In this document: one piece after another, positions 25,628-34,458 of the stretch
How the letters are laid out: each line of letters opens with the position of its first letter
How positions within the stretch are numbered: the stretch's first letter is position 1
Source of the DNA: Methanomicrobiales archaeon
Lineage (GTDB): Archaea; Halobacteriota; Methanomicrobia; Methanomicrobiales; JACTUA01
DNA: 41,079 nucleotides
NCBI GenBank assembly: GCA_034679905.1
Contig: JAXDAH010000141.1
Span: 1 to 41,079, forward strand
Direction of reading: 5' to 3'
The notes under the pieces: generated by a model
Databases searched by the model: none
What the model saw: the letters and a program-made list of their open reading frames with translations, nothing else
Told to the model about the DNA's origin: nothing
Program-made: the position numbers and the translations under genes

Positions 25628-26826
25628 TTCAGCAGGTCCAGATAATCCCCCAGCATGCGGGTGATCAGGAACTTCTCCCGCACCGCCTCTTTTCCTTTAG
25701 ATCCCATCTCGTTTGCCAGGGCGGGATCCTGCATCAGCTGGACGATGCGGTCGGCGAACGTGCGGGTGTCCGTCGGGTCTACCAGGAACCCGTTCTCGCC
25801 GTCCGTGATCTGCAGCGGGATTCCGCCCACGTTCGAGGCGACGACCGGACGGCCCTTCCAGAGCGCCTCGGTGACCGTGAGCCCGAACCCCTCTCGCAGG
25901 GACTTCTGGAGGATCACGTCCGAGACGCGCTGGAGGACGTTCACGAGCATGTTGTTCTCGCAGGTGATGAAGATGATGTCCCCCTCTCTGGCCAGGTTCC
26001 GCGCCTTCCGGGCGACGCTCTCGTAGATCTCGTAGCCCTCGGGATCGTCTGCCGCCATGCAGCCGCAGAGCACCAGCCGGCAGTCGATCTCCTTTCGCAC
26101 CTCCTCGAAGATGTCCAGCACGCCTAGAGGGTCCTTCCACTTGTCGAACCGCGAGATCTGGGTGAGGATCGGTTTGTCGGTGGGGATCCCGTAGCTCTCG
26201 ACGTGCTTCTGGATCGCCCCCCGGGGAATATCGCGGTTCTTCACTGTCAGAGGGTCGATCGCCGGGGTGACGATCCGCTGCTCCACCGGCAGATCCTCTT
26301 TCAAGTACTTCTCGTCGGAGACGACCATCAGGTCGTAGAGGAGGACGTAGCCCCGAAGGAACTTCCAGACCTCTTCGTTGGGGTGCGTGAGATCGATGTG
26401 ACACTGCCAGATCCAGGGCTGCGTGCGGCGGTGGTAGCGGATGAGGGGGAGGGGCTGCGGATCGTGGACGATGATCGCGTCGTGGTCGAGGTGGGCGTAA
26501 CTGGGGAAGTTCTCGTTGGTGGCGAGATAGAGCTGCCGCTCCGCCGCCGAGACGGTCACCGGCTCCCCCTGCAGACCGTTGTGGAACTTCTTGGTGACGG
26601 TGAAGAAGTTGGGGTTCCCGTGGAGCAGCCTCCACTCGGCATCGATCCCGATGTCGTTGATGAGCGGCATCAGCGACGATATGAGTTCGGCCACGCCGCC
26701 GCCCTGGTAGGTGGAGTTGATCATAGCGATATGGCTTCCGTAGAGCGTTCTCGCCTTGCGGTAGATGTCGGCGATCACCTTGTCCTTTACCACGCCATAG
26801 TAGTCCACCAGACTCGGTACGGCCAT
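25612..26826 (-). CDS. treT: trehalose glycosyltransferring synthase-like GT4 glycosyltransferase
   Basis: N-terminal INSTYQGGGVAELISSLMPLINDIGIDAEWRLLHGNPNFFTVTKKFHNGLQG is characteristic of TreT. C-terminal GT-B motif EGFGLTVTEALWKGRPVV. The 3' end overlaps the RNase III gene by 16 nt (convergent). Confidence 0.82.
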   Translation of the reverse strand: MAVPSLVDYYGVVKDKVIADIYRKARTLYGSHIAMINSTYQGGGVAELISSLMPLINDIGIDAEWRLLHGNPNFFTVTKKFHNGLQGEPVTVSAAERQLYLATNENFPSYAHLDHDAIIVHDPQPLPLIRYHRRTQPWIWQCHIDLTHPNEEVWKFLRGYVLLYDLMVVSDEKYLKEDLPVEQRIVTPAIDPLTVKNRDIPRGAIQKHVESYGIPTDKPILTQISRFDKWKDPLGVLDIFEEVRKEIDCRLVLCGCMAADDPEGYEIYESVARKARNLAREGDIIFITCENNMLVNVLQRVSDVILQKSLREGFGLTVTEALWKGRPVVASNVGGIPLQITDGENGFLVDPTDTRTFADRIVQLMQDPALANEMGSKGKEAVREKFLITRMLGDYLDLLNYIMQ

Positions 26827-26862
26827 CGGACTCTCTCCCCTGCAACATGAAGGAGAGCTACT

Positions 26863-29139
26863 TTAAGAAGATGTCGCCCCTTCCGCTACAGTGCCGACTC
26901 CTCTCCCCTTCGGGGTTTTGCGCCGGGGAGGACGGGATACTGCCGCGGAGATCGCGCCCTTGTCGGCACACGCCTTCAGCAGGGGGAGCACCTGCCGCTG
27001 CGTGCTGATGTTGAACCGCGCCTTTGAAGGCGCCTGCCCGACCTTGATCGAGTAGGCGTCGGAGGGCAGCACCTCGAAGAGGTCTTCGTCCGTGCGGTCG
27101 TCCCCGATCGCCAGGATGAAGTCCCAGGACTTCTGGTTGAGCCAGTGCGAGACCGCCCGCCCCTTGTTGACGACCGCGTTGCGGATCTCCAGCACCTTGT
27201 GCCCCTCGAGCACGGCGAGGTTCAGGTTGGATGTCAGGTGCAGCAGATCGTCCTTGAGCTCCATCGCCCGGATCGAGGCCAGTCCTGGTTCCGCCCTGCG
27301 GTAGTGCCAGACGAGGGAGTGCTCCTTCTCCTCCACGAAGGAACCGGGTGTTCTGTCCGCGTAGATCTGGAGGAGGGGCCGGATCTCCTGCTTCCATTCG
27401 CTGGAGATCTGTTCGGGCATCCACCACGCCGAGTTCACCTCCTTGATCCAGACACCGTGTTCGGAGACGATCCCGATGGGGAGCGTGCCGAACCAGCGGT
27501 CCATGGCCTTCCGGTCCCGCCCGGTGATGATCACCACCTCGTTGCGGGCATCCGCCGCCATCGCCTCCAGCTGCCGGAGGACGGCCTCGTCGGGAACCGC
27601 CTTCTGGGGGCGGGACGCGAACGGCACCAGCGTGCCGTCGTAATCGAGCAGGATGAGACGCTGTCTCGCGGCCTGGTAATCCGATAGGAGCAGTTCCTCT
27701 GTACTCGCTGTCAGAATCTCCTGGGATCGCTCCTGCTGGATTGACGTCACGGCGTTCAACTTCTGGATGAAGTCCTCCGCCCAGTAGCGCACATCGTAAC
27801 GCCGCAGCCGCTCCTGCATCACCCGGTTGCGCTCCACCTGCTCCTGCTCCGGCATGACGAGCGCCGTCTCCAGGGCCTCCACCATCGCTTCCCGATCGCT
27901 GGGATTCACGACGATCGCCTCGCCGAGCTCCTGCGCCGCCCCCGCCATCTCGGAGAGGATCAGCACCCCGTCGCCTGCCGTCCTGGTCGCGACGAACTCC
28001 TTGGCCATCAGGTTCATGCCGTCCCGCAGGGGAGTGAGCAGGGCGATGTCGGCGAGGTGGTAGTTGGCGATCAGGGTCCTGAAGGGGAGGTAGTTGTAGA
28101 TGTACTGGATCGGTACCCAGTCCAGTGTCCCGTACCGCCCGTTGATCCTCCCGACCAGCCCGTCGATCTGGTGCTTCAGCTGCTGGTAGTGCCAGATGGT
28201 CGCCCGCGAGGGCACCGCGACCAGGATCAGCGATACGCCGCCCCGGTACTCCGGATGCTTCTCCAGAAAGGCGTCGAAGGCCTCCAGGCGGTGGGCGATG
28301 CCCTTGGTGTAGTCCAGCCGATCGAACGAGAGGATGATCTTGCGCCTGCCGTACTTCTTCCGGGTCCGCCGGATCTCCGCCTGGACCTCCGCATCCTGGA
28401 CGGCATCGGCATACTTGCGGTAGTCGATGCCCATCGGGAACATGTCCACCCAGACCAGGCGGTTCCCCACGGTCAACTCCCCCAGCGCGTGCTCGTAGCC
28501 CAGGATCCGCCGCACGCTGGAGAGGAAGTGGCGCACGTAGTCATAGGTGTGAAATCCGATGAGATCGGCACCGAGGAGGCCCTCCAGGATCTCCTTTCTC
28601 CAGGGCAGCTGCCGGAAGATCTCGAAGGAGGGGAAGGGGATGTGGAGGAAGAACCCGATCCTGACGGACGGGAGCCTCTCCCGCAGCATCTGGGGGAGGA
28701 GCATCAGCTGGTAGTCGTGCACCCAGATGGTATCACCGGGCTCCGCCACCTCCGCCACGGCATCGCAGAACGCCTGGTTCACCCGCCGGTACACGTTCCA
28801 CTGCCGCGGGTCGTACTCCGCCAGGTGGGTGAAGTAGTGGAAGAGGGGCCAGACGGTGTTGTTGCAGAAGCCGCCGTAGTACTGCCGCACGTCGTACTCG
28901 GAGAGGAAGACGGGGTGGCACTTCTCGGCGGCAAGCGCCCAGCGGACTCGTTCCTTCTCGTCCGCATTGCTCCTGCGGATGGTCAAGCCCGGCCAGCCCA
29001 CCCAGATGCTGTCGTAGGACTTGTAGAAGGAGCCGACGCCCGTGGCGAGCCCCCCGGCGCTGGTCTGGATGCCGATATCGCCCTTCCTCTTCGTCACGCT
29101 CACGGGCAGCCTGTTGGATACGATTACGAGTTTCGTCAT
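26863..29139 (-). CDS. bifunctional trehalose-6-phosphate synthase / trehalose-6-phosphate phosphatase (OtsA-OtsB fusion)
   Basis: ATG at 29139 (MTKLVIVSNRLPVSV, the OtsA N-terminus). GT20 region through about residue 470, then a HAD phosphatase domain with LILLDYDGTLVPF. A TATA box about 50 nt upstream argues against the GTG at 29169. Confidence 0.9.
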   Translation of the reverse strand: MTKLVIVSNRLPVSVTKRKGDIGIQTSAGGLATGVGSFYKSYDSIWVGWPGLTIRRSNADEKERVRWALAAEKCHPVFLSEYDVRQYYGGFCNNTVWPLFHYFTHLAEYDPRQWNVYRRVNQAFCDAVAEVAEPGDTIWVHDYQLMLLPQMLRERLPSVRIGFFLHIPFPSFEIFRQLPWRKEILEGLLGADLIGFHTYDYVRHFLSSVRRILGYEHALGELTVGNRLVWVDMFPMGIDYRKYADAVQDAEVQAEIRRTRKKYGRRKIILSFDRLDYTKGIAHRLEAFDAFLEKHPEYRGGVSLILVAVPSRATIWHYQQLKHQIDGLVGRINGRYGTLDWVPIQYIYNYLPFRTLIANYHLADIALLTPLRDGMNLMAKEFVATRTAGDGVLILSEMAGAAQELGEAIVVNPSDREAMVEALETALVMPEQEQVERNRVMQERLRRYDVRYWAEDFIQKLNAVTSIQQERSQEILTASTEELLLSDYQAARQRLILLDYDGTLVPFASRPQKAVPDEAVLRQLEAMAADARNEVVIITGRDRKAMDRWFGTLPIGIVSEHGVWIKEVNSAWWMPEQISSEWKQEIRPLLQIYADRTPGSFVEEKEHSLVWHYRRAEPGLASIRAMELKDDLLHLTSNLNLAVLEGHKVLEIRNAVVNKGRAVSHWLNQKSWDFILAIGDDRTDEDLFEVLPSDAYSIKVGQAPSKARFNISTQRQVLPLLKACADKGAISAAVSRPPRRKTPKGRGVGTVAEGATSS

Positions 29140-29186
29140 GGTGTGAGTGATCCGGAGACCGGGTTCCACCCTTTACATCTCATCGA

Positions 29187-29200
29187 CAATTAATTTTACC
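29187..29200 (-). promoter_or_regulatory. TATA box region (GGTAAAATTAATTG on the minus strand) for the trehalose operon
   Basis: The only AT-rich element in the 29140..29327 spacer, at about -50 relative to the ATG at 29139. Confidence 0.45.
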
Positions 29201-29327
29201 ACTGCCGCGATTCGGAATCGCCCGGCGGGATCCGGGAAGATCCAGAAGAAGAGGTACTGCGCCGCCCCGGCAGCGAGGGCGGCGTCGATGGGAAGGGACG
29301 GCGAGCCCCGGCTCGATCCTGCCAGGA

Positions 29328-30014
29328 TCACCTGTTCTGGGAGGGTGCGGGGAGGAACGGGCGGAGCGATGCCGCCAGCTTGGCCAGATCCATCGACTGC
29401 AGCACGACCTTTCCCGGTCCCGTGAGGGTGGTGACAAAGAGCCCTTCGCCGCCGAACAGCACGGTGCGCACCCCGCCGGCAAGGGCGATCGAGTAGGTGA
29501 CCGAAGAGTCGAACCCGACCACCAGGCTGGTCTCCACCTTCACGGTCTCGCCGGGGGCCAGACCCATCTCCACGATATCTCCGCAGCAGTGCAGGAAGGC
29601 GCAGCCCTTCCCGCTCAGCCGCTGGAGGATGAACCCCTCGCCTCCGAAGAACCCGGCCCCCAGTTTCTTCGTGAACGCGATCTCCAGGTCCACCCCCTCC
29701 TCGGAGCAGAGGAAGGCATCCTTCTGGGCGACGAAGTCCGAGCCGTCCAGGCGGACGGGAAAGATCTTTCCGGGGATCGAGCCGGCAAACGAGACGAAAC
29801 CCGGCCCGCCTTCCGGGCGGAACCGGGTCAGGAAGAAGTTCTCCCCTACGACCATCCTCTTGAGCCCGCCCAGGATGCCGCCCTTCGCCTGGGTCTGCAT
29901 CTGCACGTTGCCGCTCATGTTCGCCATCGCACCGGCTTCGGCATAGATGCACTCGCCCTCGGCGAGGCGGATGGTGACCATCTGCAGGTTGTCGCCAACG
30001 ATCGTGTACTCCAT
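29328..30014 (-). CDS. TIGR00266/AIM24 (DUF124) family protein
   Basis: 228 aa. MEYTIVGDNLQMVTIRLAEGECIYAEAGAM...FGGEGFILQRLSG...LFGGEGLFVTTLTGPGKV matches the AIM24 family pattern. Confidence 0.82.
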   Translation of the reverse strand: MEYTIVGDNLQMVTIRLAEGECIYAEAGAMANMSGNVQMQTQAKGGILGGLKRMVVGENFFLTRFRPEGGPGFVSFAGSIPGKIFPVRLDGSDFVAQKDAFLCSEEGVDLEIAFTKKLGAGFFGGEGFILQRLSGKGCAFLHCCGDIVEMGLAPGETVKVETSLVVGFDSSVTYSIALAGGVRTVLFGGEGLFVTTLTGPGKVVLQSMDLAKLAASLRPFLPAPSQNR

Positions 30015-30077
30015 GGTCGGAGAGGTTGGAAGAGGGAGGGGATAACCTGTCCGATCCGGTCCCCTGCCCGGTTCCGC

Positions 30078-30770
30078 CTACTTCTCCACCACGTAGCGGA
30101 TGAGAAAACCGGGGCGTACTCCCAGGGCGTTGAGGAGGATGGCGAGCATGTAGATGGCTGTCAGCGTATACTTCCCCTTCTGCAGGTAGCGCCGCGGCGA
30201 GACGGAGATGTAGCGATCGAGCTGGATCAGCCGTCCCCTCCGCTTCGCCTTACGGCAGAGTTCAAAGTCCTCCATGAACGGCAGCGGATCGTAGCCCCCG
30301 AGAGAGAGGAAGGCGTCCTTCCGCATGAAGATCCCGAAGTCCCCGAAGTACATCGGCGTCAGCCGCGCGAGCCGGTTCCAGGCGGCGCTCTCCAGGCGGA
30401 GCAGGGGATCCCGGCTCCGGAAGGAGTGCCGGAACGCTCCACCGAGCGCGCCATCGGCCTCCAGGTTCGCCTGAATCCGCAGGAGGGCATCCGCCGGGAT
30501 GCGGCAGTCCACGTGCAGGAAGAGCAGGATATCGCCCTCCGCCTCCTGAACGCCGCGGTTCATCTGGACGGCCCGCCCCCGCTCCGAGACGATCACCTTC
30601 AGCGGACGGGGGAAGCTCTCGCGGCACCGCTCCACCTCTGTCATCGTGCGGTCCGAACTGCCGCCGTCCACCAGGATCAGCTCGAAGTCCCCGGCGAGGT
30701 TCCGGTGATGGGAGAGGAACGGCTCGATGCTCTCCTCCTCGTTCAGTACCGGGGTGACAATCGAGATCAT
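30078..30770 (-). CDS. family 2 glycosyltransferase, TIGR04283-like (rSAM-partnered type)
   Basis: ISIVTPVLNEE...ILVDGGSSDRT...RGRAVQMNRGV..GDILLFLHVDCRIP...GDFGIFMRKDAF..GGYDPLPFMEDFEL...SPRRY. Collinear with the TIGR04283 family pattern as I recall it. Confidence 0.82.
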   Translation of the reverse strand: MISIVTPVLNEEESIEPFLSHHRNLAGDFELILVDGGSSDRTMTEVERCRESFPRPLKVIVSERGRAVQMNRGVQEAEGDILLFLHVDCRIPADALLRIQANLEADGALGGAFRHSFRSRDPLLRLESAAWNRLARLTPMYFGDFGIFMRKDAFLSLGGYDPLPFMEDFELCRKAKRRGRLIQLDRYISVSPRRYLQKGKYTLTAIYMLAILLNALGVRPGFLIRYVVEK

Positions 30771-30937
30771 GGCGGTCCTTTTACACCACCTTCAGGGCGG
30801 GAATCTCTATTAAACCTCTCGGTTCGCGTGCAGGTGAGCGATGCGGCCTCCTGCCGGGGAGGAGGGATTCCGAAGGCTCGAACGGAGAGCGGCGAGCGCA
30901 AGTATCATCTGCATGCAGGTGCAGGGGACGGTGCGGC

Positions 30938-31999
30938 ATGGATGAACCGGATCCGACCCTGAGCCAGGGAGGGCTGCACCCCGACTTCCAGGAAGAGATG
31001 GCGTACTTCGATGCGAACAGGGTATACGCGCTGCAGATCGAGACCACGCTCGCCTGCCCGCAGGGGTGCCTCTACTGCTACGCATCCGCGAACAACGGCA
31101 CGGGACGCGAACTGCCCGCGGCGGCGATCTGCACCGTCCTGGAGGCGGCAGCCGGCATGGGGATCCGGGCGATCGACTGGCTGGGAGGCGATCCCCTGGT
31201 GCGGTCCGACTGGCACGGGCTGATGCAGCATGCCCGCAGCCTCGGCATGACGAACAACATCTGGTCCAGCGGACTGCCGTTTCTCGATGCCAGCGTGGCA
31301 GAGAGGGCAATCCGGGTCTCGGAAGGCGGATTCGTCTCCGTCCACCTCGACACCCTGGACGAGGCGATCTACCGTGTCCTGCACGCGGGCGATCCCCGGG
31401 AGAAGATCCGGGGCATACTCCGGGGGGTGGACAACCTCATCGCGCTCGGAAAATCCCCCGACCAGCTGATCAACTGCATCACGCTCACCCGCCCTCTCTC
31501 CGACGTGGAGAGGACCATCCGCTACTTTCGTGCGGAGAAGGAGATGCGGACCTGCATCACACCGCTCGTCCCGCTGGGAGGCGCCGCGGATCGCCCCGAG
31601 TGGCTGCCGGACATTCCCGCTATCCGCGACGCCTGCCGGGCGCGGGACCGGATCGACTACGCCGGCTCCTCCCTCTCCATGCACGCCATGGACGTGACCA
31701 AGTTCTACTGCGGAGGGATGGTCTGCATCACGGTGGACGGAGATGTCACCCCGTGCTCGCTGATCCGGAAGGGATGTGGCAATGTCCTCTCCGAGCGGCT
31801 GGACGCGATCGTCGAGGAGAACAGAGAGGATCTCCTGTTCATTCCCCTGCGATCGCCGCAGAACGGGGCGACTGCCTGCTCCCGTTGCAGCCACGGCGCC
31901 GTCTGCTGGGGGTGCCGGGCGGCGGCGTACTACCGGCATGGCAGTCTGCTGGCAGAGGACCCTCACTGCTGGATGCGCCTGGAGAGCGGGTATGGATGA
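30938..31999 (+). CDS. radical SAM protein with C-terminal SPASM domain
   Basis: CPQGCLYC (CxxxCxxC) near the N-terminus. C-terminal Cys cluster FYCGGMVCITVDGDVTPCS...CSRCSHGAVCWGCRA, typical of SPASM/twitch auxiliary clusters. Confidence 0.88.
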   Translation: MDEPDPTLSQGGLHPDFQEEMAYFDANRVYALQIETTLACPQGCLYCYASANNGTGRELPAAAICTVLEAAAGMGIRAIDWLGGDPLVRSDWHGLMQHARSLGMTNNIWSSGLPFLDASVAERAIRVSEGGFVSVHLDTLDEAIYRVLHAGDPREKIRGILRGVDNLIALGKSPDQLINCITLTRPLSDVERTIRYFRAEKEMRTCITPLVPLGGAADRPEWLPDIPAIRDACRARDRIDYAGSSLSMHAMDVTKFYCGGMVCITVDGDVTPCSLIRKGCGNVLSERLDAIVEENREDLLFIPLRSPQNGATACSRCSHGAVCWGCRAAAYYRHGSLLAEDPHCWMRLESGYG

Positions 32000-32829
32000 C
32001 TGGGCTCTCCAAGAGGGCGTGCTTCACGCTCGCCGACATCCGCGAGGCGTATTCTGGACCCTTCGGGGAGTTGTGGGAGATGCTGATGGGGGAGGAGATC
32101 CACGTCGGCGGGGAGCGGGAGACCGATATCCTCGCCGCCCGCACCGCGATTGCCCGTGACGAAACGGTGCTGGATATCTGCAGCGCCCTCGGGGGTCCGG
32201 CGCGCCGCCTGGTGCGGGAGCGGGGGTGCTGCGTGGTCGGCCTGGACGCCACCCCGAAGCTGGTGCGGGCGGCGGTACGGCGGAGCGATGCGATGCGCCG
32301 GGTCAGCTTCTGCCTGGGAGACGCGCTCGAGTTACCTTTCAGGACCGCGACCTTCGATGTCGTCTGGGGCCAGGATGCCTGGTGCCACGTGACCGATACG
32401 GAGCGGTTGATTAAAGAGGCGTTCCGCGTGCTTCGCCCGGGAGGGCGGATCGGTTTTTCGGACTGGATCGAGAACGGGACGATGGCGGATGCCGAGCGGA
32501 CCGTCCTCAACGCCTTCATGCGCTTTCCGTGCATGGAGACCATCTCCGGCTACGCCCGGCTGCTGGATGCGGCGGGATTCGTTCGGGTGGAGGCAGAGGA
32601 CCTGAGTGCGGAGTTCCTATCCCACTGCCGTCTCTACCTGGAGAAGCTCCGCTCGATCCTGCAGGAGCCGGTCTCCCGACGCTACGGTGCAGCGTTCTAC
32701 CGCCAGGCTTGCATGGGGCTGGAGGCATGGGTCCGTGCCGCCGGAGAGGGGAAGGTGGGACGGGGGCGGTGGGTGGCGGCGAAGCCCGGGGCCGCTCCCG
32801 CTGCCCGGATGAACCGTCGGGACCCGTGA
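31996..32829 (+). CDS. class I SAM-dependent methyltransferase
   Basis: The ATG overlaps the rSAM stop (ATGA). Motif I region VLDICSALGGPARRL, and post-I/II regions GLDATPKLV and FDVVWGQDAWCHV...LRPGGRIGFSDW. Confidence 0.85.
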   Translation: MTGLSKRACFTLADIREAYSGPFGELWEMLMGEEIHVGGERETDILAARTAIARDETVLDICSALGGPARRLVRERGCCVVGLDATPKLVRAAVRRSDAMRRVSFCLGDALELPFRTATFDVVWGQDAWCHVTDTERLIKEAFRVLRPGGRIGFSDWIENGTMADAERTVLNAFMRFPCMETISGYARLLDAAGFVRVEAEDLSAEFLSHCRLYLEKLRSILQEPVSRRYGAAFYRQACMGLEAWVRAAGEGKVGRGRWVAAKPGAAPAARMNRRDP

Positions 32830-32886
32830 GAGCGGCCCAAAGGTTATTCAGGTAAGAGTCCGATATCGTTCGACGGATTGCGTGCG

Positions 32887-33567
32887 ATGGATGCGATCGT
32901 CGTCATGGCCAAGGCCCCGCTACCGAACCGGGTGAAGACCCGGTTGATCCCCCCGCTGACGGGCGAGGAGGCGGCCCGGCTCTACCACGGTTTCCTGCTG
33001 GATAAACTGGACCAGGTGCTGCACGTCCGTCCGGCCCGCCACGTCATTGCCTACACCCCCGACGACGCGGAGCCCTTCTTCCGCGCTCTTGCAGGGAACC
33101 GCCACCGCCTGCTCCGCCAGGGGGGAGGGGACCTGGGAGAGCGGCTGTCCTCCGCTGCCGGGACCCTCTTCGCCGAAGGCTGCCGCCGGGTGCTGCTCCT
33201 GGATAGCGATACTCCGCACCTCCCGCCGGCGTACATCCAGAGCGGGCTCCGGGCCCTGGAGAGATCCGATGTCGTCATCGGCCCCTGCGACGACGGCGGC
33301 TACTACCTGATAGGCATGCGGCGGCACACATCCGATCTCTTCCGCGATATCCCCTGGAGCACGTCGGCGGTGACGGCACGGACGATCCAGAGAGCCGGCG
33401 AGCTGGGGCGGACGGTCGCCCTGCTGGATCGCTGGTTCGACGTGGATACGATCGCCGATCTCGTCCGCCTGAAGCGGGAACTGGAGTCGGACGGGAACTC
33501 CGGGCAGTTCTCCTGCGTCCACACCCGCACCGCTCTGCTCGGGCTGGATCTTCCCGCAACAGAGTGA
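32887..33567 (+). CDS. DUF2064 / TIGR04282-like (CofC-like, rSAM-partnered transferase 1) protein
   Basis: ATG at 32887 (MDAIVVMAKAPLPNRVKTRL, the canonical DUF2064 N-terminus). LLDSDTPHLP and GPCDDGGYYLIG motifs. The track start at 32878 is a TTG. Confidence 0.85.
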   Translation: MDAIVVMAKAPLPNRVKTRLIPPLTGEEAARLYHGFLLDKLDQVLHVRPARHVIAYTPDDAEPFFRALAGNRHRLLRQGGGDLGERLSSAAGTLFAEGCRRVLLLDSDTPHLPPAYIQSGLRALERSDVVIGPCDDGGYYLIGMRRHTSDLFRDIPWSTSAVTARTIQRAGELGRTVALLDRWFDVDTIADLVRLKRELESDGNSGQFSCVHTRTALLGLDLPATE

Positions 33568-33691
33568 AGGGCCCGATCGGGCCGGCACGCGGCGTGTGCG
33601 GGGAAACGGGGCACGGATCGAACCAAAGGCTAATATTCCAGGAGCATTCTATGGGATGCTGGACTGTACACGAGTACAGGAGTGCTGGAAT

Positions 33692-34036
33692 ATGGCAGAG
33701 TACGAGTTGAGAGACGATTCGAGCGTTGGGGCGTTGGTGCGGGCCCGGATCCGAAACTTCGAGAAGGAGCATCCCGATGGATCGGTGTACGTCGCCGACA
33801 ACCGCGGGATGTGGGATGTGCGGTTCACCTACGGGCGGGGCAGCAAGCAGCGGGGGACCGCGTATATCGGTGCCCCCGAGGCCGTCGGGCAGGCGACCCG
33901 CCTCCGCTGGCCTCCGGGGCAGCGGGCGGATATCGACAAGATCACCTTCGAGAATACGGCCGGTCTCGAGGGATTCATCCTGGCGGTACTGCGGTTCGAG
34001 AGCGGGGAGGAGAAGCCGAAGTCGACATCGATCTGA
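33692..34036 (+). CDS. hypothetical protein (114 aa)
   Basis: ATG at 33692 (MAEYELRDDSS...). Coding-like composition, no family recognised. The upstream part of ORF 33596..34036 was judged non-coding. Confidence 0.5.
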   Translation: MAEYELRDDSSVGALVRARIRNFEKEHPDGSVYVADNRGMWDVRFTYGRGSKQRGTAYIGAPEAVGQATRLRWPPGQRADIDKITFENTAGLEGFILAVLRFESGEEKPKSTSI

Positions 34037-34254
34037 TGCTTGAGATCGTTCTATCGCCTCCTCCGCTGTCCGGAAGGGCTCCTACAGGGATTCTGCCGCC
34101 CCGCTCGGCCTGAATCCCGCCAGGATGCCCTGCGGTGCTTCATCGATGGGATCCGGCCATTCGCATCTGCAGCGGAGCGCCGCCGTCCCATGCATGCCTG
34201 GATGCACGGAAGCGGGATCGGCACACGTTTTGTACAGCCGGAAAGTCCAGCCGC

Positions 34255-34458
34255 CTAAAAACCTCTCCACTTTCCCTGCGGGGGCCGGCCGCCGCCGCGG
34301 GAGGCCTGCCCGCCCATCCTCGCCACTCGCTCTCTCGTCTCTGCAGATGCCGCCTGCAAACCCCGCTGCCCGTGCGGAGCATTTCCTCCGGCCCGTGCAA
34401 CCCGCCGCCGGGTCTCGATATCCGCGGATGCCAGGCCTCGTTTGGATCGCGTTGTCAC
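34255..34458 (-). CDS. candidate small KGG-repeat (YciG/stress-induced acidophilic repeat-like) protein
   Basis: GTG at 34458 preceded by AGGAGGAGCGAC. The product has two units, RGLASADIETRRRVARAGG and RGLQAASAETRERVARMGG, resembling KGG repeats. It could extend to the GTG at 34611. GC-rich context makes a false positive possible. Confidence 0.35.
   Translation of the reverse strand: MTTRSKRGLASADIETRRRVARAGGNAPHGQRGLQAASAETRERVARMGGQASRGGGRPPQGKWRGF

Noticed and set aside
30909-30924. Identical 16-mer CTGCATGCAGGTGCAG at 30909..30924 and 39764..39779, both followed by GGGAC-type sequence
   Set aside because: The rough expectation for a chance 16-mer repeat in 41 kb over both strands is of order 0.4 before GC bias, so it is not compelling alone. 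Noted in case a genome-wide motif search shows enrichment in promoters.
33615-33624. GGTTCGATCC (minus strand) resembling a tRNA T-loop
   Set aside because: The flanking 5-nt arms are not complementary, and no acceptor or anticodon arms can be built. No tRNA found anywhere in the window by eye.
34240-34248. GGAAAGTCC resembling the RNase P RNA CR-I element
   Set aside because: The flanks do not match (GGAAAGTCCAGCC rather than GGAAAGUCCGGGC). No CR-II to CR-V-like strings (for example ACAGAA...) or P4 pairing partner are seen nearby. The site also lies within or adjacent to the candidate KGG ORF region.
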